Shown piece by piece: positions 20,878 to 31,211 of a stretch of 64,000 nucleotides of DNA. Both the position numbers and the translations under genes were made by a program. Each line of letters begins with the position of its first letter. Within the stretch, counting starts at the first letter, position 1. The notes under the pieces are model-generated. The model had not been told where the DNA came from. It worked only from the letters and a program-made list of their open reading frames with translations, and made no database searches. Source of the stretch: a virus. Location of the stretch: the IMG/VR virus record IMGVR_UViG_3300025000_000061, positions 87,783 through 151,782 of that record; one strand, given 5' to 3'.

Positions 20878-21270
20878 ATACGAAAAATTAAAAGTAGTTT
20901 AATAGATGATAAACACAAAGATGATGAAGAAATAGAAAATGAAAAACAATACATAGAAAATGAAGATGATTCAAGTAGTGAAGAATCCACATCGCAAAGC
21001 AAATGTCCTAACCTAATCACAGAAATAATTAAAACTAAATGGAAAGTAAATGAAGGACTTGAAAGTGAATATGAAATATATATGGAGTATCCAAGAAGTA
21101 CGTGTAAAGATAATTCAGTAAAAGGCATAGTCGGTTGTTGCGGTGTTTTAAAATGGTGTGATAAAAAATTAAAGAAAGATAAAAAAGAAGGAAATGAAAA
21201 AGATAGTAAGTTAGTAGAAGAAATTAAGAAGGTTAAGAAAAAACAAAAAGAAAATAATAAAGGAGATTAA
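20878..21270 (+). CDS. Hypothetical protein, probable ATA/ATC start
   Basis: Frame open 68 codons upstream of ATG 21082, filling the gap after the previous stop. Confidence 0.55.
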   Translation: MRKIKSSLIDDKHKDDEEIENEKQYIENEDDSSSEESTSQSKCPNLITEIIKTKWKVNEGLESEYEIYMEYPRSTCKDNSVKGIVGCCGVLKWCDKKLKKDKKEGNEKDSKLVEEIKKVKKKQKENNKGD

Positions 21271-21274
21271 ATAT

Positions 21275-21883
21275 ATGAGAAAAATATCAACAATTATTAC
21301 AAATGAAGATCAATTGAAAAATCCTGTTATGGTTTATTCTGTAATTATACAATGGATGCGTGAAGCAGGTGAAGATTTAATAGATACTAATGAAAGTTTT
21401 ATTAATGGAAAAGATATTCTTCAATGGATGCTTAATAAAGATATTGTAACTAAAGAAAAATATAATTATATTATTCAAAATAATGAAACTTGGATACAGG
21501 ATTTATTATTAGGGTATGAAACTGGATTGTTAAATGGAGAATGTGATTTTCCTTCTAATTATAAAGCATATCAAATTATTTCTGAATATATATCAGAATC
21601 AAAAGAATTAAGAGAAAAATTTATATATTATTTTTGCACAAGTTTTGATGAAGATAATGGAGATGAAAGTAGAGGATTTATGGGTGGAAGTTATGATGCA
21701 GAAGATGGATATCCAATTTGCTCTCATATTCTAGAATATGACTTACAAACAGATACAATGACAAAAGAAGAATGGTTAAAACAAAAATGGAATGCAGATA
21801 TTTCATTTACTGATGAATATAATTATTTAAAAGAAATGAGTTTTAAAGAAGCAGATAAATTGAGTGAAGAATTAAATAATTAA
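21275..21883 (+). CDS. Hypothetical protein
   Basis: 202-aa ORF, AAGGAG RBS. Confidence 0.8.
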   Translation: MRKISTIITNEDQLKNPVMVYSVIIQWMREAGEDLIDTNESFINGKDILQWMLNKDIVTKEKYNYIIQNNETWIQDLLLGYETGLLNGECDFPSNYKAYQIISEYISESKELREKFIYYFCTSFDEDNGDESRGFMGGSYDAEDGYPICSHILEYDLQTDTMTKEEWLKQKWNADISFTDEYNYLKEMSFKEADKLSEELNN

Positions 21884-21910
21884 AATTAATTAATAAAAAG
21901 GAGAATTATC

Positions 21911-22618
21911 ATGAACAATTATCTACAAACAATCATAAACAAATACAATGAATTTGATACATATTTAAACACTATCAACATTAATGATTTTAAACAATAT
22001 TCCAGAGAAGAATTAACTAAATTCGCAAAAGAATTGCCTTCATATTTTTCATTTAGATATTTAACATCGGAAATAAATGAAATCATTGAAGAAAAGAAAT
22101 TACAAGAATATCCTGAATTACTTGGTGTACATCATTATCCAGAAATAAAAGAATTAAATTTTATATCTGAAGAAGATAAGATTAAACTAGATGATTTTTT
22201 AGTAGAATGGGGATGGAATTCTTATTTGCATGAATACACTCCTAAATTTCGCAATATATTTAAAGAATATAAACTTGAAATTGTTAATAAAATACTAGAC
22301 TTTTTAGTATCAAAACAAATATTAGATAAATATTATAAGATGTATATATGTTGTGATTATATTATTGTAGATGAAGAAAAAATCAATAAATATTTAAGAG
22401 CGTTTGAATTAAATGAACGTATTGATTTATCAGAAGAAGAAAGAGAAGAACATTGTGAATTATATAATAGATTAGATTATCTTAATTTTGTTGATTTTTG
22501 TCCTGAATGTGATAATGAGGTTGAAATTACAAAAGAATTAATCATGGAAACAGTTAATAATCCATCTTATTTGTATAAGATCATTAAACAAAGAGATAAA
22601 ACTTATGATAATGTTTAA
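21911..22618 (+). CDS. Hypothetical protein with CPEC motif
   Basis: 235-aa ORF, RBS. Confidence 0.8.
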   Translation: MNNYLQTIINKYNEFDTYLNTININDFKQYSREELTKFAKELPSYFSFRYLTSEINEIIEEKKLQEYPELLGVHHYPEIKELNFISEEDKIKLDDFLVEWGWNSYLHEYTPKFRNIFKEYKLEIVNKILDFLVSKQILDKYYKMYICCDYIIVDEEKINKYLRAFELNERIDLSEEEREEHCELYNRLDYLNFVDFCPECDNEVEITKELIMETVNNPSYLYKIIKQRDKTYDNV

Positions 22619-22636
22619 AGGAGTGAAAAATTATTT

Positions 22637-23011
22637 ATGTATTACTTTGTAAGTATCAAAAATTTCGATAATCAAATTTTACATCCTCGTATACCTAAAA
22701 ATAGAATGAACAATGAAGATGAAGAAATTGAAAGGATATGTGTATCTCAATCTATAGATGGTTGTCTTGTTGCTACATATTATGGTGTAGGAGATATAAT
22801 TTATGTTCATACTTGTGAATCAGATAAAGTCATATCTCCTACACCTGAACAAGTTGAAGATGCTCCATTTACTGGTGAACAATGGATTATTGAGCCAGTT
22901 GAAATGAAATTATTTATGAAGTTAGAAATAACTGAAAAAATTGATAGAGTTATTGGGAATGCTGATTTAAGTATTGATACATATCGTTATCGTGTTTATA
23001 ATGATGAATAA
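22637..23011 (+). CDS. Phage protein, possible ADP-ribosyltransferase-like fold
   Basis: YFVS..PRIP..E..RICVS.SI.GCL.A..TGEQW pattern; fold is inference. Confidence 0.45.
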   Translation: MYYFVSIKNFDNQILHPRIPKNRMNNEDEEIERICVSQSIDGCLVATYYGVGDIIYVHTCESDKVISPTPEQVEDAPFTGEQWIIEPVEMKLFMKLEITEKIDRVIGNADLSIDTYRYRVYNDE

Positions 23012-23045
23012 AAGTATAATATAATAATAAACAAGGAGTTTAAAC

Positions 23046-23423
23046 ATGTTATACACAACATATTTCAGTAAAATGAATAAACTATCTGACAATGTAAAGA
23101 AACTTGCAATCACAAGATTTCCACCAAAATCATTTAATCCAAATAAATATCCTAACACTTACGTAGTTAAAGATTTAGCACCTTATGCAGAAATACTTTT
23201 AGATTATAAAAAAGATAATGATTGGGGTAGGTATATTGAAAGGTTTAATTTGCAGATGCAAAAAGACGAAAAAATGATTGTTTGTTTAGATAAATTATAT
23301 TTAAAACTATCACAAGGTAAAGATTATGCTTTAATATGTTATGAAAAAGATTATATTCATTGTCATAGATACCTGATTGCAAAATATTTAGAAAGTAAAG
23401 GGATTAAGTGGAAGGAAATTTAA
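23046..23423 (+). CDS. DUF488 family protein
   Basis: YTTYFS, LAP, LICYEK..CHR..IA. Confidence 0.8.
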   Translation: MLYTTYFSKMNKLSDNVKKLAITRFPPKSFNPNKYPNTYVVKDLAPYAEILLDYKKDNDWGRYIERFNLQMQKDEKMIVCLDKLYLKLSQGKDYALICYEKDYIHCHRYLIAKYLESKGIKWKEI

Positions 23424-23448
23424 AAAATACCATATTACGAAAATACGG

Positions 23449-23512
23449 AAAACATTATAAATAAAGGGTTTGTAAGCATCAAAATCGTGTCCAAACCGAC
23501 ATTTTGACATGA
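23449..23512. repeat. Composite element: 23-bp box + 11-6-11 site
   Basis: AAAACATTATAAATAAAGGGTTT, 13 nt, TCGTGTCCAAA CCGACA TTTTGACATGA. Confidence 0.7.
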
Positions 23513-23667
23513 TTTATTAGAAAAGTTGGTAAATAATACATAAAATAAATACTCTCTTCCGAAGGATTGTATACTATTACATATTATGCTTCTCTCACCA
23601 ACTCCTCTAATGGAATTATAACCATATTAGGAAGAAAGTATTCTGGTAAATATAAGGAGATGATATT

Positions 23668-24015
23668 ATGGAATTAGTAAGAGCATATAAACTTGAAAAA
23701 TATATGGAGATAAAAATAAACAAAAATCTATTTGAAAATAAATTTAAGTTTCTTAATTATCCCAAAAAATATAAATTAGGTGCAGATTTAACACTAGATG
23801 CTAATTTATTTTATGGTTTAAATAATGATGATTTAAAATTTAAAATGATAATAAATATGAAAGAATTTGATAACTTTGATATTGTTGTTAGATTAATTAG
23901 TTGGGATTGGTTTGAAAAGAATTCAGACTATATTATTAGAATTTTAAAAACAAATAAAAATGAAAAAGTAGATTTTCAAGAAGAAATGAAATATTTAAAA
24001 TGTAGAGTATTATAA
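23668..24015 (+). CDS. Hypothetical protein
   Basis: ORF with RBS. Confidence 0.7.
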   Translation: MELVRAYKLEKYMEIKINKNLFENKFKFLNYPKKYKLGADLTLDANLFYGLNNDDLKFKMIINMKEFDNFDIVVRLISWDWFEKNSDYIIRILKTNKNEKVDFQEEMKYLKCRVL

Positions 24016-24037
24016 TATTAGAAAGGATGTACCATAT

Positions 24038-24259
24038 ATGTTTAAATGGTTAAATAGAAAGTTTACTAAAAACTACACTGAAGTACCTTTATTATTGGTG
24101 GAATTTGACTTAGATAAGTATAAAACAAATGGTGCAAAAAATTCATGCATGATTAGAATTCATCCTGAATTAAAAGGTGATAAATACATTCAAACAGAAA
24201 TAAATAAAGTTATTGACTATATCAGAGAAAATTATGATATGGAAAAATTAAGTAAGTAA
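24038..24259 (+). CDS. Hypothetical protein
   Basis: ORF with RBS. Confidence 0.7.
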   Translation: MFKWLNRKFTKNYTEVPLLLVEFDLDKYKTNGAKNSCMIRIHPELKGDKYIQTEINKVIDYIRENYDMEKLSK

Positions 24260-24293
24260 ATCTTTCATTTATAATAAGTAGGAGGTAATAATT

Positions 24294-24437
24294 ATAAAAG
24301 AAATACTTTTAGAAGTATGGGTGACTGTAGAATCAAAAGAAATTGCAAAAGAAATTGCACATGATATTCATGAAATATTAAATGATAATGGTATAACTAA
24401 TAATATAAATGTAACAGATGAAAAATATGAAAATTAA
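24294..24437 (+). CDS. Small protein, probable ATA/ATT start
   Basis: GGAGGT RBS at 24281, 47-codon open frame. Confidence 0.5.
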   Translation: MKEILLEVWVTVESKEIAKEIAHDIHEILNDNGITNNINVTDEKYEN

Positions 24438-24458
24438 ATTTTTTAAGGAGATAATATT

Positions 24459-24584
24459 ATGACATTTTTAAGATATTGCCCTTATTGTGGTGGATTAAAT
24501 CATGAATCAATAGAAACAGATAACTTATATGAAGAAAAATTTATATGTTTGGATTGTGGTAAAGAATTTATTGATTATAGTTAG
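24459..24584 (+). CDS. Small Zn-ribbon protein (41 aa)
   Basis: CPYCG...CLDCG, AAGGAG RBS. Confidence 0.65.
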   Translation: MTFLRYCPYCGGLNHESIETDNLYEEKFICLDCGKEFIDYS

Positions 24585-24596
24585 TGAGGTATCTAT

Positions 24597-24884
24597 ATGA
24601 CAGATAAAGAAAAACTAAACTTTAAAGAAAAATATCAAAATAATCCTGTTGCTTTTGTTGAAGATTTTTATAATATAAAATTACATACTTGGCAGAAAAC
24701 ATTGTTAAAAGCTATAATTGCAAAAGATAAAATTGTTTCGCATTTTATTCCTTATAGATATGGGAAAGCAATACTACAAAAAGGACAATTAGAGTACATG
24801 AAAGCAATGGAAATGGATTTTAATATATTGACTAAAGATGGTATTGAAGTATATGAAAAAGGTATATTAGTTAAAAAATATTAA
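24597..24884 (+). CDS. Hypothetical protein
   Basis: ORF with GAGGT RBS. Confidence 0.7.
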   Translation: MTDKEKLNFKEKYQNNPVAFVEDFYNIKLHTWQKTLLKAIIAKDKIVSHFIPYRYGKAILQKGQLEYMKAMEMDFNILTKDGIEVYEKGILVKKY

Positions 24885-24924
24885 ACATGATGATAATAAA
24901 TTATATTAAAAAGGGGTTAATAAT

Positions 24925-25320
24925 ATGAATTGTTGTAATAAACAATGTAGTTACAAAGAATTAAATGGTGGAGATGAAATTTCAGATTTTTATTATTGTA
25001 AATATGTTGGTGTAACAATGGATAGAGGAAATGAGAAATGTTTATTAGATAGATTTGAACGAGAAGCATATCAAGAAGCATTAGAACAATTCAAAACATC
25101 TAAAGAATTTGCTTTTGCTGACGAAAATCTAAGAATGGAAGAATTTTATAATACAGCAATTATAGCACTTGAAAAACAAATACCGATGAAAGTAAAATAC
25201 CCAATTAATATAAATGGAAAATGTTATGAATTAGTTACATATTGCTTTTCATGTGGTGAAAAAGTTAAAGATATGAAATATTGTTGTAACTGTGGACAGA
25301 GGTTGGATTGGGAGATATAA
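24925..25320 (+). CDS. Phage Zn-ribbon protein
   Basis: ALEKQIP..CFSCG..YCCNCGQRLDW. Confidence 0.75.
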   Translation: MNCCNKQCSYKELNGGDEISDFYYCKYVGVTMDRGNEKCLLDRFEREAYQEALEQFKTSKEFAFADENLRMEEFYNTAIIALEKQIPMKVKYPININGKCYELVTYCFSCGEKVKDMKYCCNCGQRLDWEI

Positions 25321-25347
25321 AAATATAAAGAAGGAGGATTAATTAAT

Positions 25348-25533
25348 ATGTATTTTGTAAGTTACAGTTGTGGAGGGGAAGAATTATTATTATGTAAATC
25401 ATATCCTAGTAAAGCAATAATATTTAACGATATAGAAAATGCTAAAATTGCAATTTCACAAGAAATTAATAGAGATGAATTTAGATTGAAACATAATTAT
25501 AAAATATTAAAGATTGTTTGCGAACAAAAATAA
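25348..25533 (+). CDS. Hypothetical protein
   Basis: ORF with AGGAGG RBS. Confidence 0.65.
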   Translation: MYFVSYSCGGEELLLCKSYPSKAIIFNDIENAKIAISQEINRDEFRLKHNYKILKIVCEQK

Positions 25534-25543
25534 TTAAAGGAGA

Positions 25544-25756
25544 ATGAATAATATGGATACAGTATTTGCTCCCATACTACAATTTGAATATACAAACTGG
25601 AAAGGTGAAACAAGTTTAAGAAAAGTTATTCCTTATAAATTTTGGTTTGGTAGTACAGAATTTCATAAAGAAGAACAATGGATGTTACATGCTTATGATA
25701 TTGATAAGGGTGAAGAACGAAATTTTGCATTGAAAGATGTGATTAGGTTTTTATAA
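25544..25756 (+). CDS. Stand-alone WYL-domain protein
   Basis: FEYTNWKGE..R.V.P..QWMLHAYD..K...RNFAL. Confidence 0.8.
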   Translation: MNNMDTVFAPILQFEYTNWKGETSLRKVIPYKFWFGSTEFHKEEQWMLHAYDIDKGEERNFALKDVIRFL

Positions 25757-25769
25757 GGGGTGATGAATT

Positions 25770-25904
25770 ATAAATAAAAATATTCCTATAGAGTGTGAAA
25801 ATTGCTTATGCTTTAATTGCAAAAAGAAAAATATATGTAATATATGTATATATTGTTTAAATATAGAGTATCATCCTATTTATGATTGTGAGGAGGTTAA
25901 TTAA
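25770..25904 (+). CDS. Small Cys-rich protein, probable ATA/ATT start
   Basis: GGGGTG RBS; CENCLCFNC..CNICIYC. Confidence 0.5.
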   Translation: MNKNIPIECENCLCFNCKKKNICNICIYCLNIEYHPIYDCEEVN

Positions 25905-25905
25905 T

Positions 25906-26349
25906 ATGGTCAATAAAATACTTAAGGATAAATTAGAAAAAAGGATTATTAAAAGTCAAGAAGAAATTAAACAAAATCAAATATTAATAAAATTAATTGA
26001 TTCATATCCAGATTTAAAAATATACTCTAATAGATGGAATAAAGAATACTTTTATTCCAAATTAATTAATGAGATAGTTACAGATGTTGAATTTGCTAAT
26101 GGTTGTGGATGTTGTGCAGACACTCCTTTATATGCAAAGTTTTTTGTTGATATTGATGGGATTAAGGTATATGCTGATCCTGTTGAAATATGTATAGGAG
26201 AAGGTAGTTATAATGGTAGTGGGTATATTAATACGGAAACATGGAGAGATATATTAGTAGCATTAAGTATTAATAAAAATATATTTAATAAAGTAGAAAA
26301 ATATTTAGAAGATAATAAATTTGAACCATATGAAGATGATGAAGATTAA
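25906..26349 (+). CDS. Hypothetical protein (GCGCC motif)
   Basis: ATG 25906 behind GAGGAGG. Confidence 0.75.
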   Translation: MVNKILKDKLEKRIIKSQEEIKQNQILIKLIDSYPDLKIYSNRWNKEYFYSKLINEIVTDVEFANGCGCCADTPLYAKFFVDIDGIKVYADPVEICIGEGSYNGSGYINTETWRDILVALSINKNIFNKVEKYLEDNKFEPYEDDED

Positions 26350-26364
26350 GGAGAATAAAATAAT

Positions 26365-27087
26365 ATGCAAAAACTATTAGTTAATAAAAAAGACAAACAA
26401 AATTTCTATTATAAGATAGATAATTTTATTAATAAAAATATAAAAATTAATCCAGATAGTTATTTATCTAATAAAATAGAATCATATGAAGAATTAAAAA
26501 ATCGTATTATTGAAAAATTAAATAATGCTAGAATTGACGATACTATTTTTATTTATAGTGAAGATGTAATAGATAATTCAAGAATTTATATTAAACCATT
26601 TTTAATATTTGAATGTATAGGAAAACACAATGTAATTATAGAAGTAGGAATAAGTAAAGATAATTGGTATAGGATAGATGATGACACTGAAGAAAAAATA
26701 TTAATTTCTAAATATAATGAATTAAATATTAAATATAAATATGAATCACAAAAATATGACGATTATGCTTTACACAATAAAATATTAGAATTTTATAAAC
26801 AAATAATGTTGCTTAATTTTAATACAAAAATGATTGCTACATTAGATGAATATTTAAAATTTTCATTATATGAAAGTTATAGATATACATCGTATAATTA
26901 TAAAGATGTGCTTAAACAAGAATTAAATATTAAACCAAAAAATTATGAGCATCAAAATGAATTAATAAAAAAAATATTACCAAGAATGATTAACAATCTA
27001 AAAAATATTATTAAAAATAAAAAAATAGATTATGATGAATTAGATTACAAAACTCAATCAATAGAATGGAAAGAATATAAAATATGA
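26365..27087 (+). CDS. Hypothetical protein
   Basis: 240-aa ORF, RBS. Confidence 0.75.
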   Translation: MQKLLVNKKDKQNFYYKIDNFINKNIKINPDSYLSNKIESYEELKNRIIEKLNNARIDDTIFIYSEDVIDNSRIYIKPFLIFECIGKHNVIIEVGISKDNWYRIDDDTEEKILISKYNELNIKYKYESQKYDDYALHNKILEFYKQIMLLNFNTKMIATLDEYLKFSLYESYRYTSYNYKDVLKQELNIKPKNYEHQNELIKKILPRMINNLKNIIKNKKIDYDELDYKTQSIEWKEYKI

Positions 27088-27097
27088 GGTGCAGTAT

Positions 27098-27676
27098 ATG
27101 AATGATAAAATAGATTATAGATATAGAATTATAGTAGAAAAACTTAATAGTAAATTAAGTTATAATAAAGATAAGAAAGATATTGATTCTGCTGTGGTGA
27201 ATTGTATTGAAGAATTTAATAAAAATAATAAATATAATTATATTATTAATGATTTATCTGAAGATTATTGGAAACGCAAAGAGATAATATTTACTAATAA
27301 TTATATTTGCCCTGACGTACATATGCTAATTAGTTGGGATACTATATATTGGCAGGTTAAAGAAATATATTATACATATGAAAAATCAGAAATTCAATCA
27401 TATCAAGATAGATTGATTAATTTATTATCAGAAATACTTTTGTATTGTTATATGTTAGACATAAGAGGAGAAAAAATACATTTAAATTTGGATTGCAATA
27501 AGGATTTATGTATATGGAATGATAAAACTATAATAAAAATTATGAGTAATAAAAATGATTATATTAGTATAGAAAATATAGATTTATTATGGAAAAATAT
27601 TGATGATTATAAGAATATATTAACTAAACTTATGAAGATTAGATATTATTTAAAATCAAAATTGAAAGGTAAGTAA
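27098..27676 (+). CDS. Hypothetical protein
   Basis: ATG 27098 behind GAGGTG. Confidence 0.75.
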   Translation: MNDKIDYRYRIIVEKLNSKLSYNKDKKDIDSAVVNCIEEFNKNNKYNYIINDLSEDYWKRKEIIFTNNYICPDVHMLISWDTIYWQVKEIYYTYEKSEIQSYQDRLINLLSEILLYCYMLDIRGEKIHLNLDCNKDLCIWNDKTIIKIMSNKNDYISIENIDLLWKNIDDYKNILTKLMKIRYYLKSKLKGK

Positions 27677-27681
27677 TTAAC

Positions 27682-27945
27682 ATGAAAACAGGAAAAAAAA
27701 TAATACTTAAATATTGTAATAATATTAAAACTGGTGATATAGATCATTTGCAAGCATCTATAGATATTAAAAATGCGTTAAGGAAAAACATCATTGATAA
27801 AACATATTTAATAAGTCATTGTCCTAGTGCATTTGGATTAGATGATTTTATTGGTGAATGTGAAAAGGAATATGTATCAACATATTCTAAGCAAATTAAA
27901 CAATGTAAATTATGTTGGGATAGAGCATTAGAATATAAAAAGTAG
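27682..27945 (+). CDS. Hypothetical protein (CP.AFGL..C..CW)
   Basis: ORF with RBS. Confidence 0.7.
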   Translation: MKTGKKIILKYCNNIKTGDIDHLQASIDIKNALRKNIIDKTYLISHCPSAFGLDDFIGECEKEYVSTYSKQIKQCKLCWDRALEYKK

Positions 27946-27977
27946 ATTATATCAAAATAAGAAAAGGAGGTTTACTT

Positions 27978-28166
27978 ATGGATAAATTAATTAGGCAAGC
28001 AAAACAATATATAAAAGACAATAATGGTTTAGTAGAAATTAAAGAACTTACAAAATGGAAATCACAAGGAATTATAAAAGGTATTCGTAAAGTAGCATTT
28101 TCTTCATTTATGTTTGATAAATACGTTATTTTTGCAGATGATACTTATGAAACTATTTGGGTTTAA
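27978..28166 (+). CDS. Hypothetical protein
   Basis: AAGGAGG RBS. Confidence 0.7.
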   Translation: MDKLIRQAKQYIKDNNGLVEIKELTKWKSQGIIKGIRKVAFSSFMFDKYVIFADDTYETIWV

Positions 28167-28199
28167 TACTAATATATTTTAAGATTGGAGGTGAATATT

Positions 28200-28379
28200 A
28201 TGAACGAATTAATGAGTATTATTCTTAATGATGAGAAATTAAATAATATGTATAATACAGATGCGATATTTCATACAGCAATTGAAACAGCAATTATTAA
28301 TAATTTATCAGTAAAAGAATCTCTAATTTTTGCAATTAAGTGTTTATATGAATCTAAAGAAGCATTAATGAAAATATAA
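28200..28379 (+). CDS. Hypothetical protein
   Basis: ATG behind GGAGGTG. Confidence 0.65.
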   Translation: MNELMSIILNDEKLNNMYNTDAIFHTAIETAIINNLSVKESLIFAIKCLYESKEALMKI

Positions 28380-28435
28380 AACTGGTTATAAATGGTGTAA
28401 GAATTTAATCTTAATGATAAAGGAGAGATATAAAT

Positions 28436-28795
28436 ATGACTAATAAAGATAAACAAATTGATTCAAAATGGAATAAAAGAATAAATAAACATAAAAGATA
28501 TAAGAAAATTTATTCATGGATTATTAAAAAACTTGCATTGCATTTACTTAAAACAAGTAATTATTTAAAAGAGGAAGATTTAATACATAAAGAATTAACT
28601 ATTACATATAATCCTGAAGGTTTTGACACCTATCCGTCATGTAAAAGTAATTTAAAACAATGGTGCTATAGTAATAAGAAAAAATATATTGGTAGATTTG
28701 CCGAATATGGTGTGTATGGAGATAGTGAAGAAGAAGTTTATTTAAATGTTATTAACGTAATATTATTTAAACAATATAGGTATCCATTTTGTTAA
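28436..28795 (+). CDS. Hypothetical protein
   Basis: ORF with RBS. Confidence 0.7.
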   Translation: MTNKDKQIDSKWNKRINKHKRYKKIYSWIIKKLALHLLKTSNYLKEEDLIHKELTITYNPEGFDTYPSCKSNLKQWCYSNKKKYIGRFAEYGVYGDSEEEVYLNVINVILFKQYRYPFC

Positions 28796-29067
28796 TTTGA
28801 AATTATTTGATTAAACATAGAAAGGAGGTTTTATAATATAAAACCATTTATCAAGTATAGAAAGATAATAGGTTATATATTAACTTCATTATCTTTAGCT
28901 ATTACATTATTTATTGTAATATTATTAGCAAAACCAAATAATCTATATACAATGTTTACTATAGGTGCTATATGTCAAGCATGTTTTATAATTGGTATAA
29001 GTTTTGTTACAACAGAAATGGAGTTAGAGATTAAACAATTAAAAAATAAAAAAAAAGAGGATAAAAT

Positions 29068-29394
29068 ATGCCTATACAATTTTGTTTTAAATGTTTTTCA
29101 CCAACTAATTCAAAATATTATGTAAGTATGAAAGTATTATGTGGTGAATGTGCAAAACTTCATGGAGAAGAAGAAATTAAGGAATTAAATAAACAAAAAG
29201 AAGAAATTAATAATAAAATACAAAATATAAGAAAACAAATAAACGAAGCAATTATAGCAGATTGTAAACATGAAAATGCATTCGACACTAATTATGGATT
29301 TGTTACTAAAGATGGATTTACTACTATATGGAGATGTCCTGATTGTGATTTTACTTTTAATAAATTACATGAATTTAAAAGAGGTGATATATAA
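29068..29394 (+). CDS. Zn-binding coiled-coil protein (CxxC..CxxC..CKH..CPDC)
   Basis: Cys motifs, RBS. Confidence 0.7.
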   Translation: MPIQFCFKCFSPTNSKYYVSMKVLCGECAKLHGEEEIKELNKQKEEINNKIQNIRKQINEAIIADCKHENAFDTNYGFVTKDGFTTIWRCPDCDFTFNKLHEFKRGDI

Positions 29395-29999
29395 TACTTC
29401 TAAACGAAAATTATAATAAAAACGAATCAAGAGAACATTATGAATTAAAGCAAATTTCAAAATACATACTATTTTCAAAAGGTTACAACTGTATAGCAAC
29501 CGAAGTACAATTCCCTAAACAATCTTATTATCTTAGAGACTATGATTGGTTTAATTCTAAAGCAATAACTAAAAATATTATTGATGTAATAGGAATCAAA
29601 GGCAATCTACTAAATCTTAGAGAGAATAATGTGGATGGTTACAAAGTTATGGGTATCGAGGCAAAAGCAAGTTATCAAGATTTTCTAAATGGATTTTGTT
29701 GTCAATGTGAATATACATATTTGATTGCACCGATAGGGGTTATACCTGTTGAAAAACTTCCACCCAAAATTGGTCTTATTGAATGCAATCTTGAAAAATA
29801 TACTATTAAAAATAGAGTAAATAAATTTGAATTCAAAGGTATTGTTACAACTAAGCAATGCTCAAGCAGAAGAAAAGAAATATATAAAAGGGATGATATT
29901 TATAGAGTAGATACTTTAAATATCTTAAGAAAAATTGCATATCGCAACACTATCAACGATTTATTTAAGAAAAATGAAATATTAATTAAAGGATTATAG
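29391..29999 (+). CDS. PD-(D/E)XK nuclease, MmcB-like; probable ATA start
   Basis: Extended frame gives ATEV..IDVIG..GIEAKASYQDF; no ATG/GTG/TTG before 29631. Confidence 0.7.
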   Translation: MILLNENYNKNESREHYELKQISKYILFSKGYNCIATEVQFPKQSYYLRDYDWFNSKAITKNIIDVIGIKGNLLNLRENNVDGYKVMGIEAKASYQDFLNGFCCQCEYTYLIAPIGVIPVEKLPPKIGLIECNLEKYTIKNRVNKFEFKGIVTTKQCSSRRKEIYKRDDIYRVDTLNILRKIAYRNTINDLFKKNEILIKGL

Positions 30000-30010
30000 A
30001 GGAGGAAATT

Positions 30011-30205
30011 ATGGAAAATATAACTTTAAAAATTGCAATAGAATCCTACAAATTTGGATTTAATACTACATATGATGGAGATAATCATACTGTCTTATTT
30101 GGAACAGAATGTAATCATTGTGGTAATTATTTTGAGTATGGTAAAATGGATTATTATTGTCCTAAATGCAGATATGAAAAAGAAGGAATAAAAGGAGTAA
30201 ATTAA
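30011..30205 (+). CDS. Small Zn-ribbon protein
   Basis: CNHCG..YCPKC. Confidence 0.7.
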   Translation: MENITLKIAIESYKFGFNTTYDGDNHTVLFGTECNHCGNYFEYGKMDYYCPKCRYEKEGIKGVN

Positions 30206-30407
30206 TCATGATGCCAGAAAAATGTCCGTACTATTCAAATTTTAAATGTCCATATGTTGGAATAGTATTTTGTTCTTCACCATGTTTTGATTGTTATGTA
30301 GGTGAATTATTATCTAGTAATGTAGGGATAGATATAGAAAGTGGAGAAATCAAATAATATTAAATAATTAATAATAAAAACTAAATAATAAAAAGGAGAA
30401 ATGTAAT

Positions 30408-30602
30408 ATGAAACATTATTCTTGTCCTGTTTGCAATATTATTTCTAGTGAAAAATTGTGGAATGAATCTACAGTAAATAAATATGGATGTGATATTGGA
30501 TTAATTCAGACAGAAGAAAAAGATGAATTATTATATGTTTGTCCAGAATGTAGAGAAATAAGTGATGGGTATAAGATTAATTTTGTGTATGAAGATGAAT
30601 AA
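30408..30602 (+). CDS. Small Zn-ribbon protein
   Basis: CPVC..CPEC. Confidence 0.7.
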   Translation: MKHYSCPVCNIISSEKLWNESTVNKYGCDIGLIQTEEKDELLYVCPECREISDGYKINFVYEDE

Positions 30603-30791
30603 TAATATAAATAAAATAAATAAAAGGAGAATAATTAATCATGTATGCAGATAATGAATTTCTTACTGCTTTAACTAACAAGTTATTGGAATTGGCAGAT
30701 GAAACTACTGATATTCAAACAGAGCAAGAATTAAGAAATATGGCAGAATTAGCAATTAATACTTGTGTAATACAGAAAGGGTAAAATAAAT

Positions 30792-31196
30792 ATGCTAACA
30801 AAACCAAACTTAGGATGGACACATCTCCAACTAGATAATTTTTCAGAAAGAGCAAGTTATTTAACTGATGTTCCTAATGACTGTTTAGATTCTTTTATTT
30901 ATGGTTTAAAAAATAATGTTCCTATTGCTATTTATTTTGATGCAGAAGGTTATGATTATCATTTAGTTTCTTCATGGAATAGCAGTTATATTATAATGGA
31001 TAAAATAAATGCAACTATTACAATTGATAAAAACATAGAAGAATTAGCAAAAGAATTAATAGATGATATTGAAAATAATTTTGAAGATTGGTTAAATTGG
31101 GAATGCTATGATGATGGTGAGTATGTAGAAACTAATAGAGATGTATTTAAGGAAAAGTTAAGTATATTAAGGTTTGAATTGAACAAAAGAAAATAA
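30792..31196 (+). CDS. Hypothetical phage protein
   Basis: ORF with RBS. Confidence 0.75.
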   Translation: MLTKPNLGWTHLQLDNFSERASYLTDVPNDCLDSFIYGLKNNVPIAIYFDAEGYDYHLVSSWNSSYIIMDKINATITIDKNIEELAKELIDDIENNFEDWLNWECYDDGEYVETNRDVFKEKLSILRFELNKRK

Positions 31197-31211
31197 GAAA
31201 GGAGATTAACT

